Assembly (NCBI GenBank): GCA_040770465.1
Contig: JAXGJB010000015.1
Coordinates: 1-47,429 of the forward strand
From: Methanothrix sp.
Lineage (GTDB): Archaea; Halobacteriota; Methanosarcinia; Methanotrichales; Methanotrichaceae
DNA length: 47,429 bases
Reading direction: 5' to 3'
The notes under the pieces are model-generated. The model saw only the letters and a list, made by a program, of their open reading frames with translations. It did no database searches and was not told where the DNA came from. Below, one piece after another: positions 1 through 8,183 of this stretch (position 1 is the stretch's first letter; the number at the start of each line of letters is the position of its first letter). The position numbers and the translations under genes were made by a program.

Positions 1-216
1 GTGACGGGTATTGTAAAATCGATGAGGATTATATTGACCACGGCCACAGATAAAATTGAAGTTGCGGGTGAGTTGCATCTGGGCGAGTTACATTTAGGCG
101 AGCGGAGATCTTCAGCCGCGACCCCGAGCAAGTCACCCCCCTGGAGGGCTTCTCCGATGCGTTCCGAAGCCCCAGGTGCTTTTACATTAGCGGGACGAAG
201 GGCGTAGGTGAATGAG

Positions 217-1092
217 ATGAATAAAACAGATCAATACAGGCCTGCCATCTACTTTGCGTTGGCATTTGCGATAACATGGATAAATGGGTTCTATCTGGCG
301 GTGCAAAGCCATCACGGGGGGGACAAAAGTATGATCATCCTGATGTTGACTTACATGGGGCCGCTTCTTGCCGCTCTAATTATGATGTATGTTTTTGCCG
401 ATGGAACCTTCAGAGCTGATTTTAGAAGAAGAATTTATGACCCGAGACTGATAAACAAAAATTGCTTGCCCTTCGTCTTGTTCTTCTTGCCTCTGGCCAT
501 GGTCTTCTCTATTCTTATATCAATCGCGTTTGGGCAACCGGCAGAACAGTTACGCGTTGCTGAAAATTTAAAAGTATTCGAAGGAGAGGCAGTTTTAAGC
601 ATGATAATTTTGGCCCTGGTTCCTGTGCTGGAGGAGCTGGGATGGCGAGGTTACGGCGTCGATAGTTTAGTCAGCAGATTTAACTTATTTAAAGCTAGCA
701 TAATATTTGGAGTTTTATGGGCTATCTGGCACTTGCCGGCCTTCTTCATCAAGGGTTCATACCAGCTTTCGTTATGGGAGCAAAATCCACTATTTGCCAT
801 CAACTTTTTTGTGGGGATCTTGCCCCTGGCGATCATCATGAATTACTTATATTATATGAATCAGAGAAGCATCATTCTGCTCGCCCTATTTCACGTTATC
901 GTTAATTTTTCATCAGAACTTTTTGAAGCGGATCAGATCAGCAAATGTATATTAACCCTTGTCTTGATCGTGGCGGCAGCGGCGATAGTAGTCAGAAACA
1001 GGCGTTTCTTCTTCGTGGATAAGATGAATCTGGACATAACTGGTTCGTCAAGGAGAGGTCCCTCGGCGAGTGATAACGAGCGATCAACTTAA
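217..1092 (+). CDS. CPBP family (Abi/CAAX type II) intramembrane glutamic protease
   Basis: Multi-TM protein with EELGWRG, WAIWH and FH..N motifs. AGGTGA RBS at 206-211 favours ATG 217 over GTG 208. Confidence 0.88.
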   Translation: MNKTDQYRPAIYFALAFAITWINGFYLAVQSHHGGDKSMIILMLTYMGPLLAALIMMYVFADGTFRADFRRRIYDPRLINKNCLPFVLFFLPLAMVFSILISIAFGQPAEQLRVAENLKVFEGEAVLSMIILALVPVLEELGWRGYGVDSLVSRFNLFKASIIFGVLWAIWHLPAFFIKGSYQLSLWEQNPLFAINFFVGILPLAIIMNYLYYMNQRSIILLALFHVIVNFSSELFEADQISKCILTLVLIVAAAAIVVRNRRFFFVDKMNLDITGSSRRGPSASDNERST

Positions 1093-1106
1093 CAAGAATA
1101 ATTTCC

Positions 1107-2355
1107 ATGAGCAACGTTTTTTCGATTCGGGATTTCCGGCTTTTATTTGCCGGAGTATCAACCTCGTTACTGGGGGATCAATTTGCCCTGATTGCAACCC
1201 CGTGGCTGGTATTGCAGCTGACCGGCGACCCGCTGGCATTGGGGGCTGTGCTGGCGCTGGAGGGCGTTCCCCGAGCCCTGTTCATGCTTTTTGGGGGCGC
1301 AGTAACCGATCGGCTCTCTCCGCGAATCATCATGCTGGCTTCAGATCTGGTACGTTTTTTGTTGGTGACCTTGATGGCAGCGGCTGTCTTCGCTGGCGTC
1401 GTTCAGATGTGGATGCTATACGCCTTCGGCCTGGGATTTGGGCTGGTGGCCGGGTTTGCCGTACCCGCCGGATATAGCATCGTCCCAATGTTGTTGAAAG
1501 AAAGACTTGCAGGCAGGCAATTCAGTTGTGATGGGCGCAGGTCAACTGGTCCAATTTGTAGGGCCTGTATCGGCGGGGATCTTGATCGGCAAGTTCACCG
1601 AATCATTTTACGGAATTGGGTTGGCCTTTGGCATCGATGCTGTCACCTTTGCCGTATCAGCCACGACTCTGTTGTTGATGCACGGGGGCGGAAAGCTTCC
1701 GTCTTCAACAGACGCTTCATATGGAGAGAGCATCTGGGATGCCATTGGTGCTGGTCTGAAACATGTGTTGGATGACAACGCGTTGCGCTTGATATTTCTG
1801 ATCATCGCCGCGGTCAACTTTTTGTTTGTCGGACCGATTCTGGTAAGCGTCCCGGTTTTGGCCGATCAGCGGTTGGCCGGCGGGGCGGTGGCGTTTGGGC
1901 TTCTGATGTCCGGCTTTGCAGGAGGCAACTTAGGCGGGTTACTGCTGGCAGGAGCCATGCCAAGGCCGACCGGAAGAACAATGCGCATTTTATTGATCGG
2001 ATTGCTGACGGTTTTTGGGATAACGACTGCGATTTTGGGATTTGTCAATCTAACCTGGATCGATTTTGGGTTGATGCTGCTGCTTGGCCTGGGAAATGGC
2101 TATTTTACCCTCATCCTCTTCACATGGATACAGATCCGCACCCCTAAAACGATGATGGGCAGAATCATGAGTTTGTTGACGTTGTCAAGTGCCGGATTGG
2201 TTCCCGTCTCACAAGCCATATCGGGGGCGGTGGTATCCTGGAGTCTGACGTTGCTCTTTGTTCTGGCGGGCGGTTTGATCGTGTTGGTCGCGATATGGAC
2301 CGCCTTTCAGCCATCACTAGTCACTTTTAGCGAAAGCCTTTCGGCGAACAATTGA
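1107..2355 (+). pseudogene. MFS transporter (DHA3/macrolide-efflux-like) split by a frameshift near 1497-1506
   Basis: ORF 1107 gives an MFS N-half (RDFRLLF, GGAVTDRLSPR motif A) up to VPMLLKE. The next frame continues DLQAGNS...GPVSAG through the C-half (ORF 1507-2355). Confidence 0.8.
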
Positions 2356-2561
2356 TCCGAATATCCATCTCCGCGTTTGATAACGTCCCCAAATGAGACG
2401 CGGATCCTCACGGTTTGATCATGCAGCTCAAAATCCTCAACCGATCATCGGTGCCTCCTCCAAGCTGGCCTGAACGATACTTATTAAAGCTTATCTTGCA
2501 GTCCCCTTCACGGCGTAAAGAATAAATATATTGCTATTCTATTTGAACGAAGGTGATAGAA

Positions 2562-2966
2562 TTGGTCAAGATGCCAGCAGACGTTAGAGAGACCCTGGAG
2601 AAGCAGAAGCCTGCCCCCATCGCCACCGCCGACGCGAAGGGGATGCCGAACGTCGTCTACGTCGGATTTTTGAAGGTCATCGACGACGAGACGATAATGA
2701 TCGCGGACAACTTCTTCTACAAGACCGCGGCAAACCTCGCCGAGAACCCCAAGGTATCGATCCTCTGCTACGACACCAACACGAAGAAGTCCTTCCAGAT
2801 CAAAGGGACTGCGGCGGTCTACAAGGAGGGAAAGTACTTCGACGAGATGACCAAGTGGGTTCTGGCCGTCAACAACAAGCTTCCGGCCAAGGCCGCAGTG
2901 GTGGTGAAGGTCGAGGCGGTATACAACGCCATGTGGGGCCCGACGGCGGGAAAGAAGGTCGTCTGA
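2562..2966 (+). CDS. Pyridoxamine 5'-phosphate oxidase-like FMN-binding protein
   Basis: IATADAKGMPNV, KTAANLAENPKVSI and FQIKG are typical of the split-barrel FMN-binding family. GGTGA RBS precedes TTG 2562. Confidence 0.85.
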   Translation: MVKMPADVRETLEKQKPAPIATADAKGMPNVVYVGFLKVIDDETIMIADNFFYKTAANLAENPKVSILCYDTNTKKSFQIKGTAAVYKEGKYFDEMTKWVLAVNNKLPAKAAVVVKVEAVYNAMWGPTAGKKVV

Positions 2967-3065
2967 TCGGGGATGGGCGGGCAGAGGGATCTGCCTCAGC
3001 TATCTTTTTTGATCTATTCATCGTTCAAGCGGACAAAATTGTTCAGTCAGCTCCGGAGGCCCCCG

Positions 3066-3359
3066 ATGAAAGATGAAGCATTGATGAAGAAACGAATCGC
3101 CGAGATCTTCGGCCTCTCCGAAGAGGAGTGCGACCTCGTGAACCGGATCGTCATCGAGGAGATCCTGGCCGAGTCGAAGGACACCCACGACCTCATCCGG
3201 CGGGCCCTCGACCGGTTCGCCGGAACCGATGGGGAGAGGATGGCGTTCCTGGCGGGCCACATCACCGGCTGGGTTCTGATGAAGGCCGACATGGATATGG
3301 AGATAGACTCCTACTTCACCGACTCTCGATCGAAGGGCCCGAAGGGGCAGAACACGTAA
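3066..3359 (+). CDS. Small hypothetical helical protein
   Basis: GC3-rich codon usage from ATG 3066. Weak resemblance to 23304-23726. Confidence 0.6.
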   Translation: MKDEALMKKRIAEIFGLSEEECDLVNRIVIEEILAESKDTHDLIRRALDRFAGTDGERMAFLAGHITGWVLMKADMDMEIDSYFTDSRSKGPKGQNT

Positions 3360-3500
3360 GCTGCAAGCAGAACCAGCGCCCACAAAATAGGGCGATCGAC
3401 CGTAAGGGCGCGAAAAGGGACGACAAAGGGAAAGGGTTTTTCACCGGGACGGATCTGAGGCTCTTTCACTTTGAGGACGAGACTCCGACCCCGGACCGGG

Positions 3501-3959
3501 ATGAGCGGCCGGGAGCTGTGGCGGCTCTGGTGCGACCAGTTCGACGACGAGCTGGAGGCTCTGGCCGAGGCGATCTGGGCCGCGAACAAGATGGTCAAGA
3601 CGGAACCGCCCGCGACTCGTGACAAATTCTACGCCCTCAAAGACGAGTTCATCCTCAGGTACGCCACCAGCGGCCGACGGGTCCGGGACGAGCCGCCGCC
3701 TCCCTGGTACCGGGGCGTCCACGGCTCGGTCCGGACCCTCTACTGCTACCGGGTCACTGTCGGCGAGAGGGTCTACAGGCTCCATAGCTACCTCCAGCCC
3801 CTGGAGGTGGAGCCGGATCTCGCCGAGGACGGCGAGGAGACCGGCGGCACCTCCGTCGACGAGTGGTCGTGGCTCCCGCTCTCGTACGACGAGTTTTACA
3901 AGATGCTCGCAAGCTACGCCAAAGATCGATGGGGCTTTTCGCAGCCGCGGACGGGATAA
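3501..3959 (+). CDS. Hypothetical protein, possibly YkyB-like
   Basis: Coding-like codon bias. ALAEAIWAANKMVK...FYALKDEFI...YRLH recalls YkyB-type proteins; family call is tentative. Confidence 0.55.
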   Translation: MSGRELWRLWCDQFDDELEALAEAIWAANKMVKTEPPATRDKFYALKDEFILRYATSGRRVRDEPPPPWYRGVHGSVRTLYCYRVTVGERVYRLHSYLQPLEVEPDLAEDGEETGGTSVDEWSWLPLSYDEFYKMLASYAKDRWGFSQPRTG

Positions 3960-4071
3960 ATCCAAAATCCAGGTGGAGGACGTGCAGCGGCCGAGCCGAG
4001 ACCGGCGATGATCACCGTCCCGGCCTGGCCGCTCTCATCACCCCTCACCATCCCCCCTCACCAACCCGTCT

Positions 4072-4473
4072 CTAAAGTCCGCGTCCGAAGACGGCTCTGG
4101 GAAGGTTGAACTCCTCCTGATGACCCTTCACCATCTCGCTGAAATCATCCACAGGTTTCGTCCAGCCACCGATGAACACCAATCTCGGCAGGCTGAACCG
4201 CTCCTCTCTTGCGATCACTATTTCTCTCAAGTCGGGATCAGGCTTCGTCTCTCCTCCTATGGAGACCCATCTGTCAAGGGCGGAAGAGTAAGCCTGACCC
4301 CCTGAATAGCCGTCGTACCTCAAAGTCGGCCCGGAGACCCCGGCGAACCTCTCGCCGCCGACGGCCCCTCCGTAATACATCCCGGGGCCGCTGACACCTT
4401 CGAATCTCGCTGATGCCGCTGGAGCCAGCAACGCCAGCGCCAACATTATAAGAGCCAATTTGTATCCTCTCAT
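4072..4473 (-). CDS. Small secreted protein with two kinds of internal repeats
   Basis: Signal peptide MRGYKLALIMLALALLAPAASA, GGGGTGA RBS, repeats RFxGVSGP x2 and IGGxTKP...EExFxLPR x2. Confidence 0.7.
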   Translation of the reverse strand: MRGYKLALIMLALALLAPAASARFEGVSGPGMYYGGAVGGERFAGVSGPTLRYDGYSGGQAYSSALDRWVSIGGETKPDPDLREIVIAREERFSLPRLVFIGGWTKPVDDFSEMVKGHQEEFNLPRAVFGRGL

Positions 4474-4753
4474 TCGCCTCACCCCTCGTTTTGTTTTCGA
4501 CGAAATTCAAACCGATCCGGAAAAGAACGCCAGATTCTCCCGCATCGTTCTATGCAGATCCAAGTTTCGATCTCGTCTATTTCGCCAGATTATGCATAGC
4601 CGCGATAGACGAAAAATGTTTCGATTAGATTCTTTGTGGAGCCTCAATTCTGGCCTGGAAAAGCTGGGGGGTTGAAGGATCTAAGCGGACCTCTGGAGGC
4701 CGTCCCAACTCTGTAGATCTGAGACCTTCGGGCTGAAAGGGCATCTGGTTCAC

Positions 4754-7700
4754 TCAGGTTCCGCCGCCAGGAGCCTGGGGGCTTGCGCCGGTGGAGGCTT
4801 CGGGATCATCGGTCTTCTCTTGGGAGGGTCCGAGCTTCTCTTTCTTTGACGATCGTCTCTTGTCCATTCCCCATTTGACGATCGGAATTATCAGTACGGT
4901 GGCGATCCACTGCCAATACATTTTAATAAAATTCCTAATATCTTTTAGATAGTCTGATATGGTTTTTTCCTCGACGGTCACTGTAACTGGCCACTCATCA
5001 AGCCTCTTCTTCGGCGCCCATCCGGACACTCCGATATTGGAGAGTTCCTGATAATAGACCGTGAGTTTCAGGGTTTGGTTTCCTCGTTCCGTGGGCATTA
5101 CTTCCCATACCCACTTGGGCAGCTCTTCTCCATTGGGGACGTACATCTGTTGGGCCATCCCCTCCGTGAGAGATATGACGAAATTATCCCCCGTCAGAGT
5201 GACCTCATACGTACATTTAGGCGAAAGATTGACCTCCTCGTAAATGGAGTATTCCTCATCGAGATACTCCGCCAGACGCTCTTGCTCCTCGCCCAGTGTT
5301 ACATTTACCTTATACTTGTGGTGTGCAACCATATCCCTCGGCGGATCCCATCCGACCAGCCCCAGGGCCTTCTCCGCCATCTTCTGATAATCTTCGGCGG
5401 TTGGCGAAGGCGGAGATTTTTCTGCAGCTGAGGGAGGCACATATGGTACCCCCTTCCCCCCGGTTTTTCCGGAACTGGAGGGGGATGGAGTGATGGTTGG
5501 TGTTTGTATAGGACCTCGTGATGTGCCCGGTTCTGTTTCTGTCCATCCTGATCCATAAGCCACGACTTCATGATTTTTAATCCATATTGATATATTTTCA
5601 GAAGTAACTGCCTCATCCCAGAGCTTCCGATCTAGTGTTGTATCATTATTAACTAGTTTATCATATGTATTATTTTGGAGAATGTTATAATCCATCGTAT
5701 TGTTATCCGAATAATTTAATGCTATCCCGACTATATTGTTGCTAATATTATTGTACTCTAACCTATTTTGATCTGACATGCCCAGGTATACGCCTGTTTG
5801 ATGGGAGCTGACGATGTTCTTTGAGATGTTGTTGTCCGATGATTCCTGGAGCGCTATTCCGCCTGAATTGTTGCTGGCATTATTTTCCATGAGGCTGTTG
5901 TTCACAGAATTTATGATCGCAAGACCAAATCCAGAGTTATCCCTGGCAATGTTGTCTGCCAATGTATTGTTGTGGCTGTTCTCAAGGTTCAGCCCATTCA
6001 CCAGGTTATCATGAAGGGTGTTGTTGGTGATGGCGTTATTTATGCACCCGTCCACAACCATGCCATATTTATTTTGGCCTGCGAGGTTGTTGGTGATGAT
6101 ATTCTCATCGGAGTTTTCAATTAGGAGGCCGTATTTATTATTGCTGGCGTTGTTGCCTCTGACTTCGTTACGTGAAGAATGTGTCCAAAGTCTGATGCCC
6201 TGCCCTTCATTGTAGCTGGCGTTGTTGTCGATGATGGTGTTGGCGTTGGACGAATCTTCAATGCTGATGCCGCTGTAATCTCCTTTGTTGTAGCTTGCGC
6301 TGTTGTCGATGATGGTGTTGGCATTGGACGAATCTTCAATGCTGATGCCGCTGTGATCTCCTTTGTTGTAGCTTGCGCTGTTGTTTTTGATGATGTTGTT
6401 GCTGGAATTAGAGATGCTAATGCCATGTTGGACGTTGTAGAAGACAGTGTTGTTTTTGATGATGTTATTGTCTGACTTTAGGATGTAAATGCCGGATTTA
6501 TTATTTTCGCGGACGTTGTTCTCGGCAAGGGTATTATTATGGGAATCGTCGAGACGAATCCCGTTTACCTCGCCGTTGATGATCAAGTTTCTCGATATCG
6601 TGTTCCCATCAGCATCGGAAAGTTTTATGCCAATATCTAAATTCTCCTCTAGGGTGTTGTTGGTTATGGTATTGTTGCTGGATATCTCAAGAAGTTCGAT
6701 CCTATTTTTGTTCTTGAATCTGTTCATCTCTATTCTGGAATCGGTTGTATTATAGAGACGAACTCCAAAGCTGTTGTTCTCGAAATTCTGGTCTTTGATT
6801 GTGATGTTGCTGCAATTCAGGCAGTAGACGATGCCCGCCGCATCCGACGATGAATCGATGGTTATGTTCGTAGCTCCGACAAGGTAGTAAACGGCTTTTC
6901 CATCTATGCGGTTGCTGGCATCAATATCGTTATCTCCGGCAGCTTCGAGATCGTAATCGTTGCCAGACATTATATTTCTCTTCAATATATTTTCCGAAGA
7001 TTCTTCGATGTCTATGCCGGTATTGTTATTATTTTGCGCATAGTTCTCCGTGATTACATTATATTTTGATAATTCTATTCTTATTCCAAAATCGTCATTT
7101 TCGCGGGCGTTGTTTGCGGCGAGGGTATTGTTGTTGGAGACATTGAGATAGATGCCGTCTTTATTGAGATTTGCATTGTTCCTTACCACGATGTTATCGT
7201 TCGAGTTTTGAATTTTTATCCCTGAACCGGTATTTTGGCTGGCGTTGTTCTCAGCGATGGTATTATTGTGGGAGCCCTCGAGATGGATAGCGATGGCTTG
7301 CCTTTTGGCATTGGGTTTTCGCGAGACCCCGTTTCCCTCAACCTTATTGTAATCAGAATTTATCAATTCAATCCCAGTTCCTTTCAGATTGGGGCTGATG
7401 CTGACGTTATTATTCGCTATCGTGTTCCTATCGGAACTCTGAAGGTATATCCCCAAGTTTCCGTCGCTTATGTTGTTCTTCTCGATCGTATTATTGCTGG
7501 ATATGTTGAGGCGGAAGCCCTCGGTGTTGAGGCTGGCGTTGTTCTCAGAGATGGTATTATTGCCGGAGTCGTGGAGCGCTATTCCCCGGACGTTTTTGGT
7601 GGCAACATTGCCCGTGATTCTGTTGCCGTGGCTTTCCAATAACATGATGCCAAATTCGTTGCTGCTGATGTTGTTCGCCTCAATGGAGTTGTTGCTGGAA

Positions 7701-8113
7701 CGGCTCATCCATATCCCGAAACCTGCCCCATCATTACGTACGATATTATTTCTTATTATACTATTATTTGAATATATTTTAATGCCCGCTTCCTCATCCG
7801 AAAATTCGCTGTGGCTGTAGTTTGTCACAACGAATCCCTCGATGACGATGCCATCTGCATAGAGGGTGATCGAGCTTTCGTTTCCACCACCATCGACGAC
7901 CGGCATCTCGATTCCTTGAAGGATTAGAGACTTATTTACGAACACGTTCTCATTGAATGGGATGGGTCCACCCACCACCAGGATCGTATCTCCGGGACTT
8001 GCCAGGTCTATCTTCTCCTGGATTACGTCGCTCTGGTTCACGACCCAGGTATCCCCCTGAGCGAATCCCAGCAGAATAACAAAGATCGCCAATCCTGCCA
8101 GACGGTTATTCAA
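4754..8113 (-). CDS. Cell-surface right-handed parallel beta-helix (NosD/CASH repeat) protein with C-terminal membrane anchor
   Basis: Signal peptide, IQEKIDLASPGDTILV N-cap, many GIxLxxSxNNxIxxN repeats, Pro/Thr linker, TM segment WQWIATVLIIPIVKW followed by a basic tail. Confidence 0.9.
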   Translation of the reverse strand: MNNRLAGLAIFVILLGFAQGDTWVVNQSDVIQEKIDLASPGDTILVVGGPIPFNENVFVNKSLILQGIEMPVVDGGGNESSITLYADGIVIEGFVVTNYSHSEFSDEEAGIKIYSNNSIIRNNIVRNDGAGFGIWMSRSSNNSIEANNISSNEFGIMLLESHGNRITGNVATKNVRGIALHDSGNNTISENNASLNTEGFRLNISSNNTIEKNNISDGNLGIYLQSSDRNTIANNNVSISPNLKGTGIELINSDYNKVEGNGVSRKPNAKRQAIAIHLEGSHNNTIAENNASQNTGSGIKIQNSNDNIVVRNNANLNKDGIYLNVSNNNTLAANNARENDDFGIRIELSKYNVITENYAQNNNNTGIDIEESSENILKRNIMSGNDYDLEAAGDNDIDASNRIDGKAVYYLVGATNITIDSSSDAAGIVYCLNCSNITIKDQNFENNSFGVRLYNTTDSRIEMNRFKNKNRIELLEISSNNTITNNTLEENLDIGIKLSDADGNTISRNLIINGEVNGIRLDDSHNNTLAENNVRENNKSGIYILKSDNNIIKNNTVFYNVQHGISISNSSNNIIKNNSASYNKGDHSGISIEDSSNANTIIDNSASYNKGDYSGISIEDSSNANTIIDNNASYNEGQGIRLWTHSSRNEVRGNNASNNKYGLLIENSDENIITNNLAGQNKYGMVVDGCINNAITNNTLHDNLVNGLNLENSHNNTLADNIARDNSGFGLAIINSVNNSLMENNASNNSGGIALQESSDNNISKNIVSSHQTGVYLGMSDQNRLEYNNISNNIVGIALNYSDNNTMDYNILQNNTYDKLVNNDTTLDRKLWDEAVTSENISIWIKNHEVVAYGSGWTETEPGTSRGPIQTPTITPSPSSSGKTGGKGVPYVPPSAAEKSPPSPTAEDYQKMAEKALGLVGWDPPRDMVAHHKYKVNVTLGEEQERLAEYLDEEYSIYEEVNLSPKCTYEVTLTGDNFVISLTEGMAQQMYVPNGEELPKWVWEVMPTERGNQTLKLTVYYQELSNIGVSGWAPKKRLDEWPVTVTVEEKTISDYLKDIRNFIKMYWQWIATVLIIPIVKWGMDKRRSSKKEKLGPSQEKTDDPEASTGASPQAPGGGT
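6223..6384. repeat. Near-perfect 78-bp tandem duplication (one 26-aa beta-helix rung)
   Basis: Unit starts at 6223 and 6301, with two mismatches seen. Encodes NSASYNKGD(H/Y)SGISIEDSSNANTIID. Confidence 0.9.
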
Positions 8114-8183
8114 CGAATATCACTCCTTCTCAGATGCCTATCGAATATTCGGATTCTATGCTGCCCAATTTTACAGCTCCGTG

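Noticed and set aside
1-207. ORF ending in TAG in frame with the CPBP gene (possible pyrrolysine read-through), containing a 15-bp tandem repeat (GELHL x2)
   Set aside because: The translation is not protein-like, the CPBP gene has its own RBS and start, and no pyl genes are visible. The repeat has only two degenerate copies.
1495-1507. Programmed ribosomal frameshift in the MFS gene
   Set aside because: There is no X_XXY_YYZ heptamer or evident stimulatory structure, and I know of no precedent in MFS genes. A simple indel is more likely.
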